From NCBI GenBank assembly GCA_028698185.1, contig JAQVDW010000002.1, positions 60,001 through 92,000 on the forward strand: 32,000 bases of DNA. Direction: 5' to 3'. Of the stretch, positions 7,561 to 15,960 are shown piece by piece. The translations under genes were made by a program, and so were the position numbers. This stretch comes from Erysipelotrichaceae bacterium (GTDB lineage Bacteria; Bacillota_I; Bacilli_A; Erysipelotrichales; Coprobacillaceae). The notes under the pieces were generated by a model. That model worked only from the letters and a program-made list of their open reading frames with translations. It did no database searches and had not been told where the DNA came from. Positions within the stretch are counted from its first letter, which is position 1. Every line of letters begins with the position of its first letter.

Positions 7561-9420
7561 TTGATATTAGAATGTTCGAATCTGACTAAATCTTTTCAAG
7601 GAATCGACTTGCTTAAAGATATTACATTTAAAATAGATGATAAAGACAAGGCCGCCCTTATCGGGGTAAACGGTGCGGGTAAGACGACCGTCCTTTCCCT
7701 GATAATCGGTGAGCTGAATTATGACAGTGGCGATATTTTCAAGTCCAAGGACCTGACAATTGGCTACCTGCGCCAGCAACACCAGCTTGATCTGGACAAG
7801 ACCGTCTACCAGACCGCCCTGGACATATTTAAACCATTGATTCAAATGGAACAACGGTTACGGGACCTGGAACACAAGATGGCCGATGACCATTCGCCGG
7901 AAATAATGAACGAGTACGACCGGCTCCAAAACGAATTTTCCACAAGACAAGGCTACGAATACCCCAGCCGGATCCAAGGGGTCCTGAAGGGGCTTGGTTT
8001 CCAGGAAAATGACTTAAATCTTAAAGTCGGATCGCTCTCGGGCGGGCAGAAGACCCGCTTGGCACTTGGCGAACTGCTGCTCAAACAGCCACGCCTGCTC
8101 ATCCTCGATGAGCCGACCAACCACTTGGACCATGATGCTACCGTCTTTCTGGAAAACTTCTTGAAGAACTATCCACATGCGATTCTGGTCGTTTCCCATG
8201 ACCGCTACTTCATTGACCAGATTGCAACCAAGATTGTGGAAATTGAAAACGGGCGTACAAAGTCCTATCCAGGCAGCTACAGCGCCTATGCAACCATCAA
8301 GAAACAAAACCGCAACATCGAGCTCAACCACTACATCAACCAGCAACGCGAAATCAAGAAGATGCAGCAATCAATCGATACATTGAAATCATTCAACCGG
8401 GAAAAATCTGTAAAGCGCGCCCGGTCCAAAGAAAAACAACTGGAAAAAATCGAGCTGGTCGAAAGACCGGAATCACTGCCTGATTCGATCCGCCTTAGCT
8501 TTCAGGCGAAAGTCGAATCCGGTTACGATGTCTTGAAGGTTTCCAACCTGGCCATGAGTTTTTCTGGGCCCCTTTTCCAAAATATCAACTTTGACATAAA
8601 GAAACAGGAGCGGATCTGCCTGGTAGGGGCCAACGGGATCGGCAAGACGACCTTGTTGAAAATAATAACCCAGCAGCTAAGACCGTCCCACGGCAAGATC
8701 AAGCTGGGGTCAAAGGTCGAAATGGCGTATTACGACCAGGAACACAGTTCATTGAATTTCGGGAACACAATCTTTCAGGAGATATCAGACGCCTACCCCA
8801 AGATGACCAACACCGAAATCCGGTCAACCCTGGCTCTTTTCAACTTCCGCAATGACGATGTTTTCAAGGAAATCGGATTGCTGTCGGGCGGAGAGAAAGG
8901 CCGCGTATTATTGGCCAAGATCTTGCTCAAGCAAGCCAATTTCCTGATTCTCGATGAACCGACCAACCACTTGGATATCGCTTCCAAGGAAATTCTCGAG
9001 GATGCTCTAGCCGATTACGACGGCACCATAATCTTCATTTCCCATGACCGTTTTTTCATCAACAAGCTGGCGACCAAAATAATCGAACTGACCCCTGACA
9101 AGGTCATCGAGATTCCTGGAAACTATGAACATTATCTCACTGTCAAGACCAACTATTCCCAAACAAAGGAAAAGGACAACAGCGATTATATCCAGCACAA
9201 GCAAAGCCAGGCCAAAGTGCGCCAGCATCAAAAACAGATCCGCACAGTCGAGAACAAGATTTCCCAGCTCGAGGACAAGATCGGTGAGCTCAATTCCCTG
9301 CTGGTTTCCCAGGAAGTTGTCGATGACTATCAGAAATACAACGAGGTCAACGAGCAGATACTCGCCCTGGAGAGTGAATTGGAGACCAGCCTGAACCTTT
9401 GGGAAGACCTGCAAATCTGA
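7561..9420 (+). CDS. ABC-F family ATPase (tandem ABC domains, no TM; Uup/YfmR-like translation factor type)
   Basis: Two Walker A motifs are present (GVNGAGKTT, GANGIGKTT). There are two signature motifs (LSGGQK, LSGGEK). A charged coiled-coil C-terminal tail follows. The ORF track starts at GTG 7552. I prefer TTG 7561, which has a GAGGTG RBS (7549-7554) 6 nt upstream and gives the typical MILE..NL.KSF N-terminus. The start remains uncertain. Confidence 0.85.
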   Translation: MILECSNLTKSFQGIDLLKDITFKIDDKDKAALIGVNGAGKTTVLSLIIGELNYDSGDIFKSKDLTIGYLRQQHQLDLDKTVYQTALDIFKPLIQMEQRLRDLEHKMADDHSPEIMNEYDRLQNEFSTRQGYEYPSRIQGVLKGLGFQENDLNLKVGSLSGGQKTRLALGELLLKQPRLLILDEPTNHLDHDATVFLENFLKNYPHAILVVSHDRYFIDQIATKIVEIENGRTKSYPGSYSAYATIKKQNRNIELNHYINQQREIKKMQQSIDTLKSFNREKSVKRARSKEKQLEKIELVERPESLPDSIRLSFQAKVESGYDVLKVSNLAMSFSGPLFQNINFDIKKQERICLVGANGIGKTTLLKIITQQLRPSHGKIKLGSKVEMAYYDQEHSSLNFGNTIFQEISDAYPKMTNTEIRSTLALFNFRNDDVFKEIGLLSGGEKGRVLLAKILLKQANFLILDEPTNHLDIASKEILEDALADYDGTIIFISHDRFFINKLATKIIELTPDKVIEIPGNYEHYLTVKTNYSQTKEKDNSDYIQHKQSQAKVRQHQKQIRTVENKISQLEDKIGELNSLLVSQEVVDDYQKYNEVNEQILALESELETSLNLWEDLQI

Positions 9421-9486
9421 CAGTGACAAGCATATTTCTGGTTTGTGATTGGATATCATGTTATCATTGGGAAAAGAGGTGATTTT

Positions 9487-9948
9487 ATGGCATATTTGTC
9501 AGTGGGCAGCCAAGCCCCGGATTTTACACTATTGAACAAAGACGGCAAAGAAATCAGCCTGTCTGATTATCTTGGACAGAAGGTTATTCTGTATTTCTAC
9601 CCGAAAGACTCGACTCCGGGTTGCACCCGTGAGGCATGCGATTTTAGAGACCACCAGATTCTTTTCAGCGAGAAAAATGCTGTGATTTTGGGCATTTCCA
9701 AAGACACGGTTAATTCCCATCTTAAGTTCGCCCAGAACAATGAACTGAATTTCGAGATTCTGAGTGACCCCAAGCTTGACGTTATCAAAGCTTATGGCGT
9801 ATGGCAACTCAAGAAAAACTACGGGAAGGAATATATGGGCATTGTCCGGACAACCTACGTCCTCAATGAACTCGGTCAAATCGTAAAGATTTACAAAGTA
9901 TCGAAAGTAAACGACCATGTCACAAAAGTTCTTTCCGACCTGCAATAA
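9487..9948 (+). CDS. bcp: Thioredoxin-dependent thiol peroxidase (Bcp / PrxQ peroxiredoxin)
   Basis: The motif FYPKDSTPGCTREAC is present. The true start is the ATG at 9487 (MAYLSVGSQAPDF), preceded by an AGAGGTG RBS. The ORF-track start at 9445 is an extension. Confidence 0.88.
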   Translation: MAYLSVGSQAPDFTLLNKDGKEISLSDYLGQKVILYFYPKDSTPGCTREACDFRDHQILFSEKNAVILGISKDTVNSHLKFAQNNELNFEILSDPKLDVIKAYGVWQLKKNYGKEYMGIVRTTYVLNELGQIVKIYKVSKVNDHVTKVLSDLQ

Positions 9949-9962
9949 GCAAATTATTTTCA

Positions 9963-9998
9963 AAGAACTTGAAAGCCCGCTTTCAAGTTCTTTTCTTT
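9963..9998 (+). terminator. Rho-independent terminator after bcp
   Basis: The stem is aagaacttgaaagc (9963-9976) paired with gctttcaagttctt (9979-9992). It is followed by ttttcttt. Confidence 0.85.
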
Positions 9999-10004
9999 AG
10001 ATGA

Positions 10005-11489
<1,485 letters not shown>

Positions 11490-11497
11490 TACCTCCT

Positions 11498-11525
11498 GCC
11501 ATAGGCTCTGTGTCTATGGCTTTTT
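11498..11525 (+). terminator. Rho-independent terminator after the GH1 gene
   Basis: The stem is gccatag (11498-11504) paired with ctatggc (11514-11520), followed by ttttt. Confidence 0.75.
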
Positions 11526-11584
11526 CATTTCCTTATCGCCACGGGACAGAATCACAAGAGTGAGCTTGTCACAAATTTGAGCGT

Positions 11585-11611
11585 AAAAAAAGACGACTAG
11601 GTCGTCTTTTT
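11585..11611 (-). terminator. Rho-independent terminator of glnN (usable in both directions)
   Basis: The stem is aaagacgac (11589-11597) paired with gtcgtcttt (11601-11609). An A run lies on one side and a T run on the other. It lies 12 nt past the glnN stop codon. Confidence 0.8.
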
Positions 11612-11622
11612 ATGTCTAATGA

Positions 11623-13701
11623 TTAAACTCCGAACAATAAATCTACGTAAGTAGGAATTGGCCAGTAAGAGGCATCAACCGCTTGCTCGATTTCATCAGT
11701 AACTGTTCTTAACGCTTCAGCAGTACCATGTACTTCGTCACGCCATGCGACAGCTTGATCAAACATGTCAGAATCCGAGCTGTCAGCTTTTTCAATATTA
11801 GTTTCCAACGTTACCATCAACTCTTTCATTTTAGCAAGCTTGTCAGCCAAAGCTTTAGCATCAGCCAAAACGAAATCAGCAGGAACACCGGCTTGAGTAG
11901 CAGCCAGGATTGTTGAAGATAAAGACCCCAGATAATCTACAGCAGCTGGATATAATTGTGTTTTAGCCATTTTCAAAGCAGTAAGACCTTCAACACGGAT
12001 GATTTTGCTATAGTTTTCCAAAAGGATTTCATAGCGAGATTCCAATTCGACTTTAGTGTAAACACCTTGTTCGTCAAGCAATTCAATATTTTTTGGATCA
12101 AGAATGCATTTCAATGAAGACACTGTATCTTTATTGTTTGCCAGACCTCTTCTTGCAGCTTCTTCTTCCCATTCTTTAGAGTATCCATCTCCAGAGAAGA
12201 TAATACGTTGATGGTCAGTTAAGAATTTGCGGATTACTTCATTGATATCGAATCCTTTTTCCACTAATTTAGCCATTTCATTGATTGAATCAGCCAAGAT
12301 TGAGTTCAGGATAGTGTTTGGACCAGCGATAGATTGGCTAGAACCAACGGCACGGAATTCGAATTTGTTCCCAGTGAAAGCGAATGGTGATGTACGGTTA
12401 CGGTCAGTTGTATCTTTTGAGAAAGTAGGAATATAAGATACACCAGTTGCAAAACGAACTTCATGGCTTTCAGATATGTTTTTACCTTCAATGATTTCAT
12501 TGAATAATTTTTCCAAATCCTCACCTAAGAACATGGAAATGATAGCTGGTGGTGCTTCATTGGCACCTAAACGATGGTCATTTCCAGCTGATGCGATAGA
12601 CATTCTCAATAAATCAGCATATTTATCAACCGCTCTTACAGTACATGCTACAGTAGCGATGAATGGCAAGTTAGTTGAAGGATTTTTACCAGGATTGAAT
12701 AAGTTTACACCAGTGTTAGTGATTACAGACCAGTTGTTATGTTTTCCAGATCCGTTAACTCCAGCAAATGGTTTTTCATGTAACAGACATCTTAAACCAT
12801 GTTTTTTAGCGATGTCTTCCATCAATTGCATAGTCAAGTGGTTATTGTCAGTAGTAACGTTAACTTTAGCATAGACGCAAGCAACCTCATGTTGGGCAGG
12901 AGCCACTTCGTTATGTTTTGTTTTTGAAGGGATTCCATAACGCCATAATTCATTGTCCAAATCAGTCATGAAAGCCGCTACTTTGCGTTTTAATGAACCA
13001 AAGTAATGATCTTCCAATTCTTGACCTTTTGGCGCCATAGCACCGAATAATGTACGTCCAGTCAATTTCAAGTCCATACGGGCTTGGAAATGTTCATCCA
13101 ATACTAAGAAATATTCTTGTTCAGCCCCTACTGATGCAGTAGCCCCTTTAACACCTTCCAAACCTAAAGCCGGTGCCAAACGTTTAACAGCTTTTGACAA
13201 TACGCCTGCTGATCTTAATAGAGGAGTTTTCTTATCAAGAGCTTCCCCTTTGTAAGACATGAATAAAGTAGGAATATATAAAGTTCCGTCTTTAACAAAT
13301 GCTGGTGAAGAAATATCCCATGCAGTGTATCCGCGAGCTTCGAAAGTGGCTCTAAGTCCACCTGAAGGGAAAGATGATGCATCTGGTTCACCTTTTCGTA
13401 AAGTTTTACCTGAGAACTCCAAAAGCGCCTTGCAACCATCAGGTTCGATGAATGAGTCATGTTTTTCAGCTGGGAAACCAGTCATTGGTAAGAACCAGTG
13501 AGTGAAGTGAGTAGCATTGTTTTCAATTGCCCAAATTTTCATTGCATTCGCAATTACTGTTGCGCATTCGCGTGACAATTCTTCTCCTGTGTCAATAGCT
13601 TGATGAAAAGCCTTATATGTAGATTTAGGGATTCTATCGCGCATTGTGTCATCATCAAACTTCATAACGCCATATAAACCAGTTAATTCATTTAGTTCCA
13701 T
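11623..13701 (-). CDS. glnN: Glutamine synthetase type III
   Basis: The protein is about 690 aa, the size characteristic of GSIII. Its N-terminal region (FDDDTMRDRIPKSTYKAFHQAIDTGEEL ... THWFLPMTG) and catalytic core resemble the Bacteroides/Ruminococcus GSIII type. The real start is the ATG at 13701 (MELNELTG), preceded by an AGGAGG RBS (13709-13714). The ORF-track TTG at 13737 lies inside the palindrome. Confidence 0.88.
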   Translation of the reverse strand: MELNELTGLYGVMKFDDDTMRDRIPKSTYKAFHQAIDTGEELSRECATVIANAMKIWAIENNATHFTHWFLPMTGFPAEKHDSFIEPDGCKALLEFSGKTLRKGEPDASSFPSGGLRATFEARGYTAWDISSPAFVKDGTLYIPTLFMSYKGEALDKKTPLLRSAGVLSKAVKRLAPALGLEGVKGATASVGAEQEYFLVLDEHFQARMDLKLTGRTLFGAMAPKGQELEDHYFGSLKRKVAAFMTDLDNELWRYGIPSKTKHNEVAPAQHEVACVYAKVNVTTDNNHLTMQLMEDIAKKHGLRCLLHEKPFAGVNGSGKHNNWSVITNTGVNLFNPGKNPSTNLPFIATVACTVRAVDKYADLLRMSIASAGNDHRLGANEAPPAIISMFLGEDLEKLFNEIIEGKNISESHEVRFATGVSYIPTFSKDTTDRNRTSPFAFTGNKFEFRAVGSSQSIAGPNTILNSILADSINEMAKLVEKGFDINEVIRKFLTDHQRIIFSGDGYSKEWEEEAARRGLANNKDTVSSLKCILDPKNIELLDEQGVYTKVELESRYEILLENYSKIIRVEGLTALKMAKTQLYPAAVDYLGSLSSTILAATQAGVPADFVLADAKALADKLAKMKELMVTLETNIEKADSSDSDMFDQAVAWRDEVHGTAEALRTVTDEIEQAVDASYWPIPTYVDLLFGV

Positions 13702-13727
13702 TTGCTTGCCTCCTGAACTTTTATTTG

Positions 13728-13764
13728 TTGTATACAATATACAATATTAGCTATTGTTTGTCAA
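13728..13764 (-). promoter_or_regulatory. glnN promoter with an overlapping TTGTATACAA operator-like palindrome
   Basis: On the - strand the -35 is TTGACA (13759-13764) and the -10 is TATATT (13736-13741), separated by 17 nt. Exact TTGTATACAA at 13728-13737 covers the -10 edge and +1. A degenerate overlapping TATACAA half-site lies at 13738-13744. Confidence 0.6.
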
Positions 13765-13844
13765 CAACGAATAATAAAAATATAAAAGGATGATAAAATT
13801 TTTACAATTCGATTATTTTATCTAAAATAAAAAAATGAAAGAGA

Positions 13845-14351
13845 CTAGTCTTCCATTTTATAACCATGTTTGCGCATCTTTTCTTCTTGCTTGCGATTCC
13901 GCTTCTCATACTTGCGGGCAACTTCATTGTAAGTTTTCACATTGACATGGATCCGTTTATTGATAAATAGACAGGCTGCAATAAATCCCAACCCATCCTG
14001 CAAAGAAACCGTCTTGAGCCGGTTGTCTTCAAAGTAGATTTCCAACGCCCGAGGGTTTACAACAATGTGTTTCCAGTTGGCAATCGGATCGGTTATGGTA
14101 TTGATTTTCATAATGTTATATTCCCGATCTTTACCTAAACGTCTTTTTTCTATAATATTGCGGCGGTGAATTATGTACTTGTATGGCCGCAAAAACTCGA
14201 AATAAACAATAACCAGAATTCCGAACGTTGCGATAACCAGGACTTCCTGCCAGGGTCTGACAAATATCATATAAATAGTATAAAGAAAATACATCACTTC
14301 AAAATATAAAATCGCGACATTTCTTCTTATTTTAAATTCTTGATCCTTCAT
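13845..14351 (-). CDS. Hypothetical membrane protein (2 N-terminal TM helices plus a possible bacterial PH / YdbS-like domain)
   Basis: This is a 168-aa ORF with a GAAAGGAG RBS. Two hydrophobic helices are followed by HRRNIIEKRRLGKDREYNIMKINTI, which resembles the bPH_2 pattern. The C-terminal tail is lysine/arginine rich. The family assignment is tentative. Confidence 0.55.
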   Translation of the reverse strand: MKDQEFKIRRNVAILYFEVMYFLYTIYMIFVRPWQEVLVIATFGILVIVYFEFLRPYKYIIHRRNIIEKRRLGKDREYNIMKINTITDPIANWKHIVVNPRALEIYFEDNRLKTVSLQDGLGFIAACLFINKRIHVNVKTYNEVARKYEKRNRKQEEKMRKHGYKMED

Positions 14352-14361
14352 ACGGTCTGCT

Positions 14362-14416
14362 CCTTTCTTTTAATTCAATTAAATATAACACAGTTTCAAT
14401 TGAATTAAAAGAAGGG
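14362..14416. repeat. 19-bp inverted repeat (18/19 matches) separated by 17 nt
   Basis: The left arm is cctttcttttaattcaatt (14362-14380) and the right arm is aattgaattaaaagaaggg (14398-14416). The core 14+14 bp is perfect (14367-14380 and 14398-14411). One arm contains part of the SD of the 168-aa gene. The other arm overlaps the 3' stem and U tract of the EIIC terminator. Confidence 0.8.
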
Positions 14417-14431
14417 CGAAACAATCGCCCT
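14405..14431 (-). terminator. Rho-independent terminator of the PTS EIIC gene
   Basis: The - strand reads AGGGCGA-ttgtt-TCGCCCT followed by TCTTTT. The stems are at 14425-14431 and 14413-14419. It begins 15 nt after the stop codon. Confidence 0.8.
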
Positions 14432-14446
14432 CTAATAATATGTTTA

Positions 14447-15763
14447 TTAAGCTTGGTTTGCTTGTTTGTTTTGGTATTTTTCGTAAGCAATTAAGAATGG
14501 TGCATATACAACTGTACATAACACTAATGCCAAGAATTGAGATACCGCTCCACGCCAGTTTCCACCAGTAGTTAAGAAACCGAATAAGATAGGTGGAGTT
14601 GTCCAAGGAGTAACCAATACTGCTTTTGGACAGAATCCAATTAATGTGATCACATATCCGAAGATGATGTTGATTACTGGAGCAATGATGAATGGGATAC
14701 CTAAGATAGGATTTAATACCATAGGGATACCGAAAGTAACTGTTTCATTGATGTTGAAGATTCCAGGAACTACAGATAATGCAGCGATTGCACGGTTGTC
14801 TTCACGTCTACCAAAGATGAAGATTGAAAGAACTAAACCTAATGTAACCCCTGAACCACCGAATTCACCGAACATTTGTAGCCAAGCCATACCGAAGATG
14901 TTCATTTCATCTGAAGTAGCTGGGATACCTTGGTTGAATTTTTCAACGTTGTCTAAGATTAATGGTGTAAATAATGTTTCTTTTACTGCAGATAACATGT
15001 TGTTACCATGGATACCTACGAACCAGAATAACATGATGAAGATGTAGATTACGATAACCCCACCTAATGAAGAACCGATTTGCATCATTGGTTTTTGTAC
15101 ATAAGTAAAGATAACATCATTGATTGGAGCATTGAAGATCATGTCTGAAGCCAAACCGATCAAACCAGCAACGATCATAGTGAGGATTGCAGGAACCAAT
15201 ACCTCGAATGCTTTTGCAACACCTGGAGGTACTTGCTCAGGCATTTTAACTTTTAAACCTTCGATTGTTCTTAATTTGCAATATAATGCAGATGCAACTA
15301 AACCTAAGATCATACCAGTGAATAGACCAGTAGCTCCGAAGAATCCTACTGCATAACCACCAGCAGCGATAACTTCACCGCTTTCAGCGACTACATCGAA
15401 TGAACGAGGTGTTACTGCCAAGAATGCTGATAAACCAACGACCCCTGGGAACCATCCTTTTTCACCTGAAGCTTCAGCAAATTCTTGAGCGATACCATAA
15501 GTAACACCCAAAGTGATACAGCTGATTGTTGCATTGAACACAGCAGTGAAAGCTGGGTTCAAGAATTCCAGTACCATGATTGGTGGGAAGATCCCTCCAA
15601 GACCTGTACTAGAGTTTACTAATACGTTCGACCATAATAACCCAACCGCCCCTGCGATAGTCAAAGGCATGAATGTTTGGAATGAATTTTTAATCGAACT
15701 TAAGATTTTGTTCTGTCCTGCCCACGCACCAGCACGGCCAAGGACATCCGCCAATTTGTCCAT
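14447..15763 (-). CDS. PTS system EIIC component, lactose/cellobiose (type 3) family
   Basis: This 438-aa polytopic membrane protein has an N-terminus (GAWAGQNKILSSIKNSFQTFMPLTIAG) typical of CelB/ChbC/LicC permeases. No EIIB or EIIA ORF lies nearby. Confidence 0.85.
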   Translation of the reverse strand: MDKLADVLGRAGAWAGQNKILSSIKNSFQTFMPLTIAGAVGLLWSNVLVNSSTGLGGIFPPIMVLEFLNPAFTAVFNATISCITLGVTYGIAQEFAEASGEKGWFPGVVGLSAFLAVTPRSFDVVAESGEVIAAGGYAVGFFGATGLFTGMILGLVASALYCKLRTIEGLKVKMPEQVPPGVAKAFEVLVPAILTMIVAGLIGLASDMIFNAPINDVIFTYVQKPMMQIGSSLGGVIVIYIFIMLFWFVGIHGNNMLSAVKETLFTPLILDNVEKFNQGIPATSDEMNIFGMAWLQMFGEFGGSGVTLGLVLSIFIFGRREDNRAIAALSVVPGIFNINETVTFGIPMVLNPILGIPFIIAPVINIIFGYVITLIGFCPKAVLVTPWTTPPILFGFLTTGGNWRGAVSQFLALVLCTVVYAPFLIAYEKYQNKQANQA

Positions 15764-15796
15764 ATTTTTTCCTCCCTTAAATATTTCGACAAGTTA

Positions 15797-15825
15797 AGTA
15801 TATAACCCTTTTTCCATAAAGTCAA
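15797..15825 (-). promoter_or_regulatory. Sigma-A type promoter of the EIIC gene
   Basis: On the - strand the -35 is TTGACT (15820-15825) and the -10 is TATACT (15797-15802), separated by 17 nt. Confidence 0.55.
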
Positions 15826-15834
15826 CGCTTTCAT
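15820..15834 (-). promoter_or_regulatory. Candidate catabolite-responsive element (cre, CcpA site)
   Basis: The - strand reads aTGAAAGCGTTGACT. This satisfies every constrained position of the degenerate cre consensus WTGNAANCGNWNNCW. The site overlaps the -35 hexamer. Confidence 0.5.
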
Positions 15835-15842
15835 TGTAAAAA

Positions 15843-15855
15843 ATACCATACTTTT
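15843..15855 (-). promoter_or_regulatory. 13-mer ATACCATACTTTT shared with the region upstream of the HutC regulator pair
   Basis: It is identical to 17412-17424. It lies about 18 nt upstream of the EIIC -35 hexamer. Confidence 0.4.
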
Positions 15856-15960
15856 AGTTTTTAGAGCTGCCTTTTTCCCAAAAAACCCCTAGTTTACGGA
15901 CTTTTTTTGGTATCCGCTTACATTTTTCAAAAAATGAAAAAGCTGATCAGGTGTGAATTG

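Noticed and set aside
9007-9459. A 150-aa - strand ORF. Similar antisense ORFs lie at 8014-8370, 10830-11348, 16270-16701 and 31185-31676.
   Set aside because: All are fully nested antisense to confidently identified genes (ABC-F, GH1, the HutC regulator, glxK). They lack RBS and motifs and have odd amino-acid composition. I treat them as shadow ORFs.
9454-9467. Direct repeat TATCAT-GT-TATCAT upstream of bcp, considered as a possible Fur/PerR-type site
   Set aside because: It has direct rather than inverted symmetry, matches the 7-1-7 or GATAAT hexamer models poorly, and is short and AT-rich. The evidence is insufficient.
13702-13727. Possibility of a glutamine riboswitch, T-box or other leader RNA in front of glnN
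   Set aside because: With the promoter placed at 13736-13764, the 5' UTR is only about 30 nt and contains just the RBS. There is no room for a structured leader. No intergenic gap in the window exceeds about 200 nt, and none shows T-box or riboswitch-like conserved cores that I can recognise.
14379-14606. A 75-aa - strand ORF spanning the EIIC 3' end and the terminator/inverted-repeat region. Also the 96-aa ORF at 21714-22004, which spans rpmE and the MBL gene.
   Set aside because: They overlap well-supported genes in other frames and run through terminator hairpins. They have no RBS. I consider them spurious.
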